A stretch of DNA of 63,979 bases, the filler included, from Octopus bimaculoides (Eukaryota): NCBI RefSeq assembly GCF_001194135.2. It is 5 parts of 4 records of this genome, joined end to end, with 100 filler letters (N's around TTAATTAATTAA, not from the genome) between each part and the next. Parts side by side here need not be neighbours in the genome. Positions count along the whole stretch, not along the records: positions 21,856 to 52,066 come from NC_069007.1; 4 more parts are not named here. One strand, written 5' to 3'. Position 1 is the first letter of the stretch. Every line of letters starts with the position of its first letter. This document shows, piece by piece, positions 35,779-47,670 of the stretch. The notes under the pieces are model-generated. The model was not told the DNA's origin and did no database searches. It saw only the letters and a program-made list of their open reading frames with translations. The position numbers were made by a program, and so were the translations under genes.

Positions 35779-36705
35779 GTGTTTGTGGGTGTATATCTTT
35801 ACCTGTGTACCAATATGTGTGTGTGTGTGTGTGTATGCATATGTACAAGGACATACATAAATTGATGCTCGGAGTCATGTATAAATAAATATATACACAC
35901 CTGAATATACGTTCAGTTTTATGTAATTATACATACATCTCTTTCTCTGTCTATATATCTGTCTGTCTTTCTCTCTTTTTCTATCTATCTATCTGTCTGT
36001 CTGTGTCTATCTATCACTCTCTCTCTTTCTCTCTCTCTCTCTCTATCTATCTATCCATTCATCTATTTACCTATCATCTATCTGTCTGTCTATCTTTCTA
36101 TCTATTTACTAATCTATCTGTCTATCTATCTATCGATCGATCGATCTGTCTATTTCTATCTATTTATATATCTATCATGCAACAAACAGGAGATACAACT
36201 CTCTGGCTGAGTATATATATATATATATATATANNNNNNNNNNNNNNNNNNNNNNNNNNNNNNNNNNNNNNNNNNNNNNNNNNNNNNNNNNNNNNNNNNN
36301 NNNNNNNNNNNNNNNNNNNNNNNNNNNNNNNNNNNNNNNNNNNNNNNNNNNNNNNNNNNNNNNNNNNNNNNNNNNNNNNNNNNNNNNNNNNNNNNNNNNN
36401 NNNNNNNNNNNNNNNNNNNNNNNNNNNNNNNNNNNNNNNNNNNNNNNNNNNNNNNNNNNNNNNNNNNNNNNNNNNNNNNNNNNNNNNNNNNNNNNNNNNN
36501 NNNNNNNNNNNNNNNNNNNNNNNNNNNNNNNNNNNNNNNNNNNNNNNNNNNNNNNNNNNNNNNNNNNNNNNNNNNNNNNNNNNNNNNNNNNNNNNNNNNN
36601 NNNNNNNNNNNNNNNNNNNNNNNNNNNNNNNNNNNNNNNNNNNNNNNNNNNNNNNNNNNNNNNNNNNNNNNNNNNNNNNNNNNNNNNNNNNNNNNNNNNN
36701 NNNNN

Positions 36706-36742
<37 letters not shown>

Positions 36743-36779
36743 CATATATATGTGTGTGTGTATATATACATACATACAT

Positions 36780-36822
<43 letters not shown>

Positions 36823-37100
36823 CAGATTGGAGGCTGGTGTTGCCATCCGGTTTCACCAGTCCTCAGTCAAATCGTCCAACCCATGCTAGCATCGAAAGCG
36901 GACGTTAAACGATGATGATATATATATCATTATCATTTAACGTCTTCCAGGCATGGGTTCAACAGTTTGATCACAGCTGGTAAGATTAGGGTCCATACCA
37001 CGCTCTGTTGTCTGTTGTGGCATGGTTTTACAGATGGATGCCCTTCCTAAAGCCAACAACTCCATAGAGAGTACTTGGTGCTTTTTATGTGGCACCAGCA
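36823..37100. mobile_element. Two tail-to-tail RTE-type 3' UTR fragments
   Basis: AATCGTCCAACCCATGCTAGC..GGACGTTAAACGATGATGAT (+), then the reverse complement containing GGATGCCCTTCCTAA (-). Confidence 0.7.
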
Positions 37101-37121
37101 CAATATATATATGCATACACT

Positions 37122-37412
37122 GTTCTATATTTTAGAGATGAGGAATTCTGTACATTATTTACATTGGACAGATATGTGTTCTCATCTTGTTTGTTGTTAC
37201 CAATATGTTTCAGCTGATTTACTCTCCAGCCTTTCATCATGTGTCCAGGCAGTACCTTGAATAAATAATTATAATAATAATAATAACATCTGCAAAGAAA
37301 TACCTTGGGAATGAAAACACAGGGTTGGGTTCAAAATTCCACTAGGACACCTGATGAAGGCTGGAGAGTAAATCAGCCGAAATGTTGTGGTAACAACAAA
37401 CCAGATGAGGAC
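37122..37412. mobile_element. Second copy of the hammerhead-bearing inverted-repeat element
   Basis: Same arms, (ATA)n spacer and AAATACCTT.GGAATGA segment as 14491-14843. Confidence 0.7.
37345..37391 (+). ncRNA. Minimal type I hammerhead motif (degenerate)
   Basis: GGACAC-CTGATGA-A-GGCTG(gagagtaaat)CAGCC-GAAA-TG-TT-GTG. The ACGT palindrome has decayed to ATGT. Confidence 0.5.
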
Positions 37413-37414
37413 AA

Positions 37415-37916
37415 GACCTGTTGGGGCAAGTGAAATCGTAATTGAACCATACTCAATGACTGGCACCGCGCCAGTGGAGCACTAACAGCACTGTCGAGGG
37501 TGTTCATTGCCAGAGCAGCTGTTTGGTTTCCATGCTAGTGGCCCGTAAATAGCACCATTTCAGCGTAATCGTTACCAACGTTGCCTTCTAGCACTTGTAC
37601 TGGTGGCATATTAGAAAATCATTCAAGCGAGGTCGTTGCCAGTACCGCTGGACTGGCTCCCGTGCAGGTGGAACGTAAAAAACACCTTTTTGAGCATGGC
37701 TGTTGCCAGTACCGTGTGACTGGCTGTCGTGCCGGTGGCTCATAAAAGCACCCACTACACTCTTGGAGTGGTTGGTGTTAGGAAGGGCATCCAGCTGTAG
37801 AAACTCTGCCAGATCAGATTGGAGCCTGGTGCAGCCTTCTGGCTTGCCAGTCCTCAGTCAAATCGTCCAACCCATACTAGCATGGAAAGCGGACGTTAAA
37901 CGAGGATGATGATGAT
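37415..37916 (+). mobile_element. RTE-type LINE 3' UTR with internal sub-repeats
   Basis: Repeated GTTGCCAGTACC blocks, then GGTGTTAGGAAGGGCATCCAGCTGTAGAAAC and a (GAT)n tail. The family is linked to RTE coding sequence at 40670-40975. Confidence 0.75.
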
Positions 37917-37919
37917 ATA

Positions 37920-38145
37920 TATTGGGTTGTCCCGAAAGTTCGGGACGATTAATAAAGGAAAGGAAAAGGTCAATAAATACTTGCCATGACATTTTTAATC
38001 AACCAAATATGAACTATTTTGTTGCCCAGTGCATCTCCATCTCTCCTTTAACTTGAAAATACCCTCTTCCCAGAATTGAGGTGGTGTCATGGCAAATAAG
38101 TTGAAAGGTAAGCTACTATGAATCGGCACGAACTTTCCGCACAAC

Positions 38146-38151
<6 letters not shown>
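37920..38151. mobile_element. Mariner-derived MITE
   Basis: TIRs of about 31 bp (TATTGGGTTGT.C.GAAAGTTCG.G.CGATT) with TA flanks. The minus strand encodes the mariner C-terminus FWEEGIFKLKERW. Confidence 0.85.
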
Positions 38152-38179
<28 letters not shown>

Positions 38180-39695
38180 NNNNNNNNNNNNNNNNNNNNN
38201 NNNNNNNNNNNNNNNNNNNNNNNNNNNNNNNNNNNNNNNNNNNNNNNNNNNNNNNNNNNNNNNNNNNNNNNNNNNNNNNNNNNNNNNNNNNNNNNNNNNN
38301 NNNNNNNNNNNNNNNNNNNNNNNNNNNNNNNNNNNNNNNNNNNNNNNNNNNNNNNNNNNNNNNNNNNNNNNNNNNNNNNNNNNNNNNNNNNNNNNNNNNN
38401 NNNNNNNNNNNNNNNNNNNNNNNNNNNNNNNNNNNNNNNNNNNNNNNNNNNNNNNNNNNNNNNNNNNNNNNNNNNNNNNNNNNNNNNNNNNNNNNNNNNN
38501 NNNNNNNNNNNNNNNNNNNNNNNNNNNNNNNNNNNNNNNNNNNNNNNNNNNNNNNNNNNNNNNNNNNNNNNNNNNNNNNNNNNNNNNNNNNNNNNNNNNN
38601 NNNNNNNNNNNNNNNNNNNNNNNNNNNNNNNNNNNNNNNNNNNNNNNNNNNNNNNNNNNNNNNNNNNNNNNNNNNNNNNNNNNNNNNNNNNNNNNNNNNN
38701 NNNNNNNNNNNNNNNNNNNNNNNNNNNNNNNNNNNNNNNNNNNNNNNNNNNNNNNNNNNNNNNNNNNNNNNNNNNNNNNNNNNNNNNNNNNNNNNNNNNN
38801 NNNNNNNNNNNNNNNNNNNNNNNNNNNNNNNNNNNNNNNNNNNNNNNNNNNNNNNNNNNNNNNNNNNNNNNNNNNNNNNNNNNNNNNNNNNNNNNNNNNN
38901 NNNNNNNNNNNNNNNNNNNNNNNNNNNNNNNNNNNNNNNNNNNNNNNNNNNNNNNNNNNNNNNNNNNNNNNNNNNNNNNNNNNNNNNNNNNNNNNNNNNN
39001 NNNNNNNNNNTGCTACAAATATTTCAAGCTGTTACATCGTAGCAGGGCGTGCTAGAAATAGCAGCCAAATCTTTGGGGGTGAGATATGTTGAATGCACTT
39101 GAAAAACCCTTCCACACCAAGGTTATGAATGGGTTTTTTTTACAGAATATTTACCATATTTTTAAAGTCATTTTTACTTGAAAATATTTTTTAAATATGC
39201 CAAAAAAATTTTTGTAATGGTATTCACTTGAAAATAATTTTAAAAAACATTAGAATATTGTCTGTTTAAAGAAAGTTAAAATATAAATACTTACCATACA
39301 AACAGTTTATATTTTTGAAATCACATTCACTTAAAAATATTTCTGAATGATTAAAATATTGTGTTTAACAGAAGTAAAAATAGAAACATTTACCGTAAAA
39401 AAATACTCATATTTTTTGTTGCCTTGTCACTGTGTCTAATAGAAAGATAAGAGCTTTTTCCCTTTCGGGATGAAGATTATTTTCAGAATATTTTCTCATT
39501 ATGCACCGTTTTGGGTATTTATACCCCCAAATCTCTAATAGCTTTAAAATTACTTGTCCAATTTACATGAAACTTGTTTTATTCTGTTTGTATTAATATT
39601 TCAGGGTAAACTTAATTCATAGTATCTTCCCATTATGTACCAGTTTGGCTGGGTAACATTGCAAGCAAGATTGAAACTGACTTTTAATCTTATAA

Positions 39696-39775
39696 ATATA
39701 TAGGTGTGAAGAACCACTGATGAGAGAGTTAAGGTGGTCTACCCCAAAATTTGAAATCGCGATATGGCTATATAT
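39696..39775 (+). ncRNA. Type I hammerhead-like motif (upstream partner, weak stem II)
   Basis: CCA-CTGATGA(39717-23)...GAAA(39753-56)-TCGCGA-T-A-TGG. Helix III is the palindrome AUCGCGAU. Distal stem I is ATATATAG/CTATATAT. Confidence 0.5.
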
Positions 39776-39999
39776 ATGCCAGGGACTTACTTCCCTTTGT
39801 CAGTCATTAAGTATAGTGCTTCAGTGGCTTTGGGGTTAATTTAACTCTTATTTTCACATAAGTGGTGCTAGTCAGCACCCTCCATCACTTTTGTGGCGTC
39901 TATTAATTTTGCCTTTTACGTTCTAATTGCTAATAAGCCACACTTTTAATTTGTAAAAACATATAGTATTTTGTGTTTGGAATGAGTTCTCATCGCTAG

Positions 40000-40066
40000 C
40001 TGGTGATTCTCACACACTGATGACGGGTTACTACCCAGAAACCCGGGTCTGTGTGTATCACATCAG
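40000..40066 (+). ncRNA. Type I hammerhead ribozyme, near-intact
   Basis: CACACA-CTGATGA-C-GGGT(TACT)ACCC-A-GAAA-CCCGGG-TC-TGTGTG with a GUC cleavage triplet at 40047-49. Stem I extends via GTGAT/ATCAC and CTG/CAG. Confidence 0.8.
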
Positions 40067-40264
40067 GGTAGAGATGGGAAAGGTGATTTCCCTTCACAAA
40101 TACTAATCAGACACAGACAGTGTGTCATTAGACAGCTGGGGGAGATGTCCTCTTGGGGCTAAAAGCAACAGTAGCATCGTCTTCTATGAGACTGCCACAT
40201 TTAGTTGGCACATATACTTCAGGATATATATATATATATACATACATACATATATATAATTATT

Positions 40265-40297
<33 letters not shown>

Positions 40298-40324
40298 ATA
40301 ATATATATATATATATATATATTG

Positions 40325-40975
40325 TATATTGTTATGTAGGCATGGGTGGATGATTTGACAGGGACTGGCCAGTCAAAGAACTGCCCAGTCAAAGAACTGC
40401 CCAGGTTCCATTGCTTGTTTTGGCATAGTTTCTATGGATGGATGCCCTGCTTAACATCAACCACTTTACAGAGTGTACAGGGTGCTTTAAGCATCGAACT
40501 GGCAAGGGTACCTTTATATGGCACTGTCACGGGCACTTTTACATGGCACCAGTATAGGTGCTTTTATGGTGCACTGGTACAGGTGCTTTTATATGGGACT
40601 TTTACTCAAGACTTCCATGGTGCTTTTTTGTGGCATTTGCACCCACGGACCCACAAGACTAGCGTCTCTTGGCTGAGAGAGGGATGAAGTGGACATGCCG
40701 GTATGCATGGACATCCATGTTTCTACTTAGCTTGACATGCCTTCTCAAGTACAGCAAACCATCTCGAGTTTCAATCCCTTGTCATCTCCTCTGTGAGGCC
40801 CAACATCTAAAGATTCATTCTCACCACTTCATCTCACATCTTCCTGGATCTACCCCTTCCACATGTTTCCTCCATAATTACAGATTGGCACTTCCTGATG
40901 CAGCTGCCCTCATCCATATGCATGACATGACTATACTGGTGCAGTCTTCTCCTTTCGTCAGAGGCTTTTAGCACA
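40325..40975 (-). mobile_element. RTE-clade LINE 3' end (ORF C-terminus + 3' UTR)
   Basis: RRRLHQYSHVMHMDEGSCIRKC..TCGRGRSRK..LGLTEEMTRD..WFAVLEK. Confidence 0.8.
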
Positions 40976-41365
40976 ATACGGGGACAGTGCACTACTGCAT
41001 AGAAGTGTGTATGAGTGGATCGAGAAGTTTAAAAGTGGTTGGACAAGTGTGACTCACAAAGAGAGAATAGGATGCCCATCAACCTCCACCACTGACAGCA
41101 AACTCGAGAGATGGTAATGGTGAGCCAGTTTACCGTTACCATCTCTCGGATCACTGCTCTTTGTTCTTCTTTGGTGCACATTGCTAATGGAGCGGCCATG
41201 CTTACATTGTTAAGCCATAAAGAAAAATGGCATGATCAAGCTCAAACTTTGATCACATGACCACAATAGTACTAACTATAAGCACGCAAGCGCAGAAGGC
41301 ATTGCGACAATACTAAAGATATGTTATAGCAAAAGTGCAGATAATTTTTGACTTCGTCTTGTATA
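40975..41365. mobile_element. Rearranged mariner 5' fragments in opposite orientations
   Basis: + strand: AQYGDSALLHRSVYEWIEKFKSG..PSTSTTD. - strand: TIR-like end at about 41365 and MAAPLAMCTKEEQRAVIR. Confidence 0.8.
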
Positions 41366-41669
41366 TTATCATTTTCATCTGTTTTCCATGCGAGCATGGG
41401 TTGGATGATTAGACAGGATCCAACTGGTTGAAAGATCACTTCTTGCACCAAAGTCTCAGTTTTGGGTTCCTCGTTTATTTTTTCCTTTCTTTTCTTACTT
41501 TTGTTTTCTCATGGTAAAAGAACAGATGTGAACATGTTCCTTTGTACCTCAATAGGCATGATCTGCACTGCAGCTGCAGTTGCGCTGCATTGACACTGAG
41601 GCACGTATGACTTAAACATTTAGAAAATGAGTAGAAAACGTTTATGGCCTGGCCTAGTATAATTTACAT

Positions 41670-41976
41670 CAGTGGTTCCCAAACTCTTTTGGGCTGTCGC
41701 CCCCTTGACACCCAGGCCACGTTCCTAGTGCCCACACCCCAACTAACTATCACAGACATAGACCCCTTTCTGAAGCAAATCCAAAGCAACATTATTTCAC
41801 AAATAAAAGTTAACGTAATGAACCCATTATTTTGTTTTTACACGAACCACCACCCCTTTATTGCCCCGCTTTTTACATGAATCACTCCACCATTATCACC
41901 CCAATTTTCTTCAACGCCCCCTTGGAACTTCCCACTGTCCTCAAGATGACAATACCACCCACTTTGGGAACCACTG
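41670..41976. mobile_element. hAT-type MITE
   Basis: 14-bp TIRs CAGTGGTTCCCAAA/TTTGGGAACCACTG. 8-bp TSD ATTTACAT/ATTTATAT. Confidence 0.88.
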
Positions 41977-42655
41977 ATTTATATGATTCAAATGAAAATC
42001 AACAAACACAAATAACTCAGCCTCCTCTTGTAAATTATGCAACGTGTGTGTGTGTGTATACATAAACAATGTGAGATGAAACCAAACTAAGAGATTCATA
42101 TCACTCTAAATGTCTATTAACATGTGTCTCTTAAATTTAATATTTAATTGGTATCTCTTCCTGATTTTGTTTTCTGCGTCTCGTTTACATTACACTATTT
42201 GCATTCAAAATTCAATATTTTCGTATGAATTTAATGACCACTCATCTAAAGTGTTCTACATGCACACACATGCACACTCACACATACACACACATGCACA
42301 CGTCTTATAATCACTTCCAGTGCTTTTTTATATATATTTTGTGTTATAGAATAGGAGGTGCTCAAACTACAGCAAGACAGTCAATGTGACAGTAGAATTA
42401 TACATGATTGCCTACCACTCCCCATGATTCATAGTTACATGTATTAACATGCATACATTTATGTGTGTGTGTGTGTGTGTGTGTATGTACATGTGGGGGA
42501 GGGGGGTTTGCATAAAATGAATTCCTACCTACTTCAACAATGAGAATTCAGTTGTTTGACCAAATGAATTTTCTGCTTATAAGCCAGTGAGTGGCTGAAT
42601 ATTCCACAGGCATGTGTCCAGTTATCCTTGGTAGAATCACGCACGCACGCACGCA

Positions 42656-42718
<63 letters not shown>

Positions 42719-43254
42719 ACACACACACACACACTAGTTGAGTGTGATTTGAGAAAGATTTGGTTTTTATTTTTAGCAGGTCAGTCTATTGCACAGAGAC
42801 TCTGTCATGGTTATTATTACTAATTTTATTATCGATGTAAATAATTCAAAGACAGTTATGTCTGGTTCTTATGGAATTCTTTCTCTACTGACGTCAGAGT
42901 TTTCCTGCAGTAATTAGGAGATAGTTGGTGAATGGTGTCTGGTACAACTTGTCTCTTCAACAATGAACCACAATCTGTGATCTTTTAAATAAGCTTCGGA
43001 TGTCCAATGCAATTTACAAATTCACATCTTAGCATGACTGTTGTAAACATTACAACTCTATTTCATTGGACATAAAAATACTGCATTCTCACACCTGCTG
43101 ACTGTGCATGCCACATGCTGAATACACGTAACTCGTTATATTCATCATACGTTCAATGTACTCTAACCATCAAAAGCCTGTGGCACCTTGCATTCACAAA
43201 ATTCTGGGCCAGTAGTTTGCAAGGCATCATTCTGCAGAGGATGTAACAGAGTTT

Positions 43255-43390
43255 TAGCTGAAAAGACTGCAGCCATGTAAATTGAAGTGTCTTGCCCAAG
43301 GACACAATGCACTGCTTGGCCCAGGAATTGAACCTAAGACTTTATGATCACAAGTTCAAATGTCTTATTACTAAGCCATAAACCTTCACA
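43255..43390 (-). mobile_element. SINE family D head
   Basis: GTGTCTTGCCCAAGGACAC..GGAATTGAACC. Confidence 0.65.
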
Positions 43391-43456
43391 ACACTTATAT
43401 TATACAAAACTAGATTGAAAATATTGTTCAACGTAACAACTATTTAGAATCTATTT

Positions 43457-43850
43457 CAGGCAGAGGAGTAGCTGTGTGGTGAGTAGCTTACTTCCCAACC
43501 ACATGGTTCCAGGTTCAGTCCCACTGTGTGGCACCTTGGGCAAGTATCGTCTACCATAGCTTCAGGCCAACCAAAGCCTTGTAAGTGGATTTGGTAGACA
43601 GAAACTGAAAGAAACTTGTGTGTGTGTATATATATATATATATGTATATGTTTGTGTGTCTGCGTTTGTCCCCCCACCATCGCTCGACACCGATGTTGGT
43701 GTGTTTATGTCCCCATAACTTAGTGGTTCAGCAATAGAGACTGATAGAATAAGTACTAAGCTTAGAAGGAATAAGTCCTGGGGTTGATTTATTCGACTAA
43801 AGGCTATGCTCCGGCGTGGCCACAGTCAAATGACTCAAACAAGTAAAGAG
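43457..43850 (+). mobile_element. SINE family B, full length
   Basis: tRNA-like head AGCTGTGTGGTGAG..GGTTCAGTCCC, then GGCACCTTGGGCAAGT and the typical tail. Confidence 0.88.
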
Positions 43851-43954
43851 TATGGAAGCTATTACAGTATTTTCCCCATGACAAGTGTCTGTGTGTCTAC
43901 TGGAAGGAGCTTTTAGAGGAAACTGATTGTCTATTTTTTTAATGACATTTTTGG

Positions 43955-44047
43955 GTAGGTGCGAGAGGCCAGATCTGGTTGGTTTGAACATAAAACAAGT
44001 AAAATATTAGGGCCAGATATAACCTGTTTAAACACTAAAGGGTTAAC
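43955..44047. mobile_element. piggyBac-like MITE end fragment
   Basis: Homologous to 26300-26397 and ends AAAGGGTTAA. Confidence 0.55.
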
Positions 44048-44543
44048 AGATGATGATGATGGTGGTGGTGGTGGCAACAACTGTTACATTAAAAGTCTCC
44101 CAGAAACTAAAAATTTAGTCATGGAAGCTAACGTAATTAACAAATTCATTTGCAGACTTTGTAGCAAATTTAATGATTTGAATTCTTAAATTAGCCATCT
44201 GTACAAATATTGTATTTTCCCACTGTCTTTACCACAAGATTCACCATTTCACCACGGTGTTCAACTGTGACAATATTTTACATTATCAAAAGCTGTATCA
44301 ACTAACACACAGCAAGAGAACATAAGTTCTAGTATAACTTAATGTGGAATATTAAATTACTATGAATGATTGATACTCTACTCATATTAGAATGAGGTAA
44401 ACATTGTCAAACAGTGTTCACTAAAATAAAGACAAGAGAGGAAACTGAAAATATGAATAAATATTTGATGAGTTCATGTATAAAGAGTCCCAAACATGAG
44501 GCCACCTCCACAAAAACAAGAGAAGTTTCATGAAAAGTGGTAT

Positions 44544-44576
<33 letters not shown>

Positions 44577-44580
<4 letters not shown>

Positions 44581-44893
44581 GGTGAATTTATGGAATGAAG
44601 TCTCATGAAACTCATCAATTTAGTTAAAAATGGAGTAGACAAGTTGTTAAAATATATAAGTTTAATTCTTGTAGATGATCGTTTTGTACTGAGATATGAT
44701 AATGCAAATTTATGATTAAATTAAGTTAAATTAATTACATATCAACATAAATAATGTAATTTTATTTAAATTAATTTAATCATGAATTTGCATTATTATA
44801 TCTCTGTACAAAACGATCGTCTGCAAGAATTAAACTCCATTTTTAACTAAATTGATGAATTTTATTGGACTACATCCTACAAATTCACCATAT
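44577..44893. repeat. AT-rich fold-back element with arms of about 130-150 bp
   Basis: ATATGGTGAATTT...AAATTCACCATAT termini with internal complementarity throughout. Confidence 0.85.
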
Positions 44894-45044
44894 ATTATAT
44901 GCAATGACTACTTTTATATCTTCGCAAATTTACACCTGTAAACTCCCAGCAAACTATGAAGAATCAACATTAGAAATCTTTTTTGGAAACCTCCAAATTA
45001 AAGGATGAATCCACATTCAACTTTTATACACTTATATATATAGG

Positions 45045-46265
45045 TGCAGGTGTGGCTGTGTGGTAAGAAGCTTGCATCCAGCTACATGGTTCCGGGTTCA
45101 GTTCCACCGAATGGTACCTTGGGCAAGTGTCTTCTATAGCTTCAGGACAATCAAAACCTTGTGAGTGAACTTGGCAGAGAGAAACTAAAAGAAGTCCATT
45201 GCCCACCCACATACATACATACATACANNNNNNNNNNNNNNNNNNNNNNNNNNNNNNNNNNNNNNNNNNNNNNNNNNNNNNNNNNNNNNNNNNNNNNNNN
45301 NNNNNNNNNNNNNNNNNNNNNNNNNNNNNNNNNNNNNNNNNNNNNNNNNNNNNNNNNNNNNNNNNNNNNNNNNNNNNNNNNNNNNNNNNNNNNNNNNNNN
45401 NNNNNNNNNNNNNNNNNNNNNNNNNNNNNNNNNNNNNNNNNNNNNNNNNNNNNNNNNNNNNNNNNNNNNNNNNNNNNNNNNNNNNNNNNNNNNNNNNNNN
45501 NNNNNNNNNNNNNNNNNNNNNNNNNNNNNNNNNNNNNNNNNNNNNNNNNNNNNNNNNNNNNNNNNNNNNNNNNNNNNNNNNNNNNNNNNNNNNNNNNNNN
45601 NNNNNNNNNNNNNNNNNNNNNNNNNNNNNNNNNNNNNNNNNNNNNNNNNNNNNNNNNNNNNNNNNNNNNNNNNNNNNNNNNNNNNNNNNNNNNNNNNNNN
45701 NNATATATATATATATATATATATATAAATGGTTCTGGTTCAGTACCACTGTGTGGCACCTTGGGTAAATGTCTTCTACTATAGCCTCGGGCTGACCAAA
45801 GCCTTGTGAGTGGATTTGGTAGACGGAAACTGAAAGAAGCCTGTAAGATATATATGTATATATATGTTTGTGTGTCTGTGTTTGTTCCCACATCATTGCT
45901 TGACAACTAATGTTGGTGTGTTTACGTCCCTGTAACTTAGAGGTTCAACAAAAGAGACCGGTAGAATAAGTACTAAGCTTAAAAAGAATAAATCCTGGGG
46001 TTAATTTGTTCGACTAAATGCAGTGCTCCAGCATGGCCGCAGTCAAATGACTGAAACAAATAATGGAATAAAAGAATATATACATAGATGTATTTGTGTG
46101 TTGGTCTGTTTACATCCCTGTAACTTAGCAGCTCGACAAAGCAGGCTGATAGAATAAGTACCAGTCTTAAAGAATAAGTACTGGAGCCAATTCGTTTGAC
46201 TCAAAATTCTTCAACTTGATGCCCCAGCATGACCACACTCTAATGACTACAACAAGTAAAAAATA
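45045..46265 (+). mobile_element. Cluster of family B SINEs (45045-45210, 45730-46075, 46090-46265)
   Basis: Consensus matches on both sides of an N gap. Confidence 0.8.
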
Positions 46266-47559
46266 AAGCTAAAAAATAAGAACTAGATTTATAAAGCTGC
46301 ATGATTCTAAGTCTAATATTGGACAAGCAAATACTGCATTGTCCTGGCAATTGTTTACGCATATATGACAAAATATTGGCTGCCACAAGCAATGACAATC
46401 ATTTACAGAACTATTTCAGGAATTAAAAGACTTCTGAGGGAAACTAATGTAATTTATTACATTATTCTTGACAATTGTAATGCTTGGTGATTCTAACTGT
46501 TGTAGTGGACATACAAACACCACATTTTCTTACTGTCTGACCATGCATTTACCCTAACAAAATAACATATTTCATGTTACATGGTACACAACTCAGTCAG
46601 AACTGGCCTGGCAGTACAACAACAATAACAACAGCACAAACAACATTAGACAGATGTTAGTTAATACAGCTATAAGATTTAGAATTCTTGCAAAAGGTAG
46701 GACTCTCCTGAATGGATGGAATTTGATTTATCACAAGCGCAAAAGGCAAACATCACATAAAACGTGTTGATTCTAACTGTTATATATTGGACATGCAAAT
46801 ATCATACTTACCTGCTGGCTACATATGAGTGCCTGTGTGTGTGCGTGTATGTGTGTGTCTGTGCATACATATGTACATGTGTGTGTGGGTGCATGCACAT
46901 GTGTGTCTCCTGGTAAATATTAGCTGATATAATTGATATATATATATATACAAATATAGACGTTAGGTATGTATGTGTGTGCTTGTGTGCATGTATACAT
47001 ACATATGCATTCACGTAATTCCCCCCCACAAAACTTTTAATTCTTCCAAGAAGGTAATGTGATTTCTCTTACAAATTCATGAGTAAACATAAAAGTTGTC
47101 AATATTATGATTTTAACTTATATCTGACAAACAGATATTATATTTCCTGCCGGGTGACTATATATCTACAACAAAATATTGGTTTATACCACCAATAAGT
47201 ATCGTTTATAGAATCTTCTCAAAATACTTTAAGATTCATGGAAGCTAATATAATTTATTACAAATTAATGAGCAAACATGAAAGCTATAAGCGTTCATAA
47301 TACTTGATATTAGGTTAAGCTGTTACATTGAAAAAGAAAAATACTGGTTGATGTACTGACTTTTTGATACTTATGCCCCTGCAACAATCCTTTGATTTCT
47401 CTGGTACAAAAAAACTTTACACTTTAAAGTAATTTATCTTTGAACTTATGAGATGAGGAAGTATTGCTTGTTATATACAGTGGATTGGCAAAACCATTTG
47501 AGCATTGGAAAAAAGATTTTGCAGTATTTGTTCAAGCTTTTTTATATTCTGGGTTTAAA

Positions 47560-47670
47560 TCTCGGTGAGGTCAACTCTGCTTTTCATCTTTCTGGAGTTA
47601 ATAACATAAAGTACCAGTCATGTACTGGTGTGGTTGTAATTGACTGAACCTCCTCCTGTCAAGGCTGCTG
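47560..47670 (+). mobile_element. SINE family A 3' fragment
   Basis: GAGGTCAACTCTGCTTTTCATC..AAGTACCAGTC. Confidence 0.6.
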
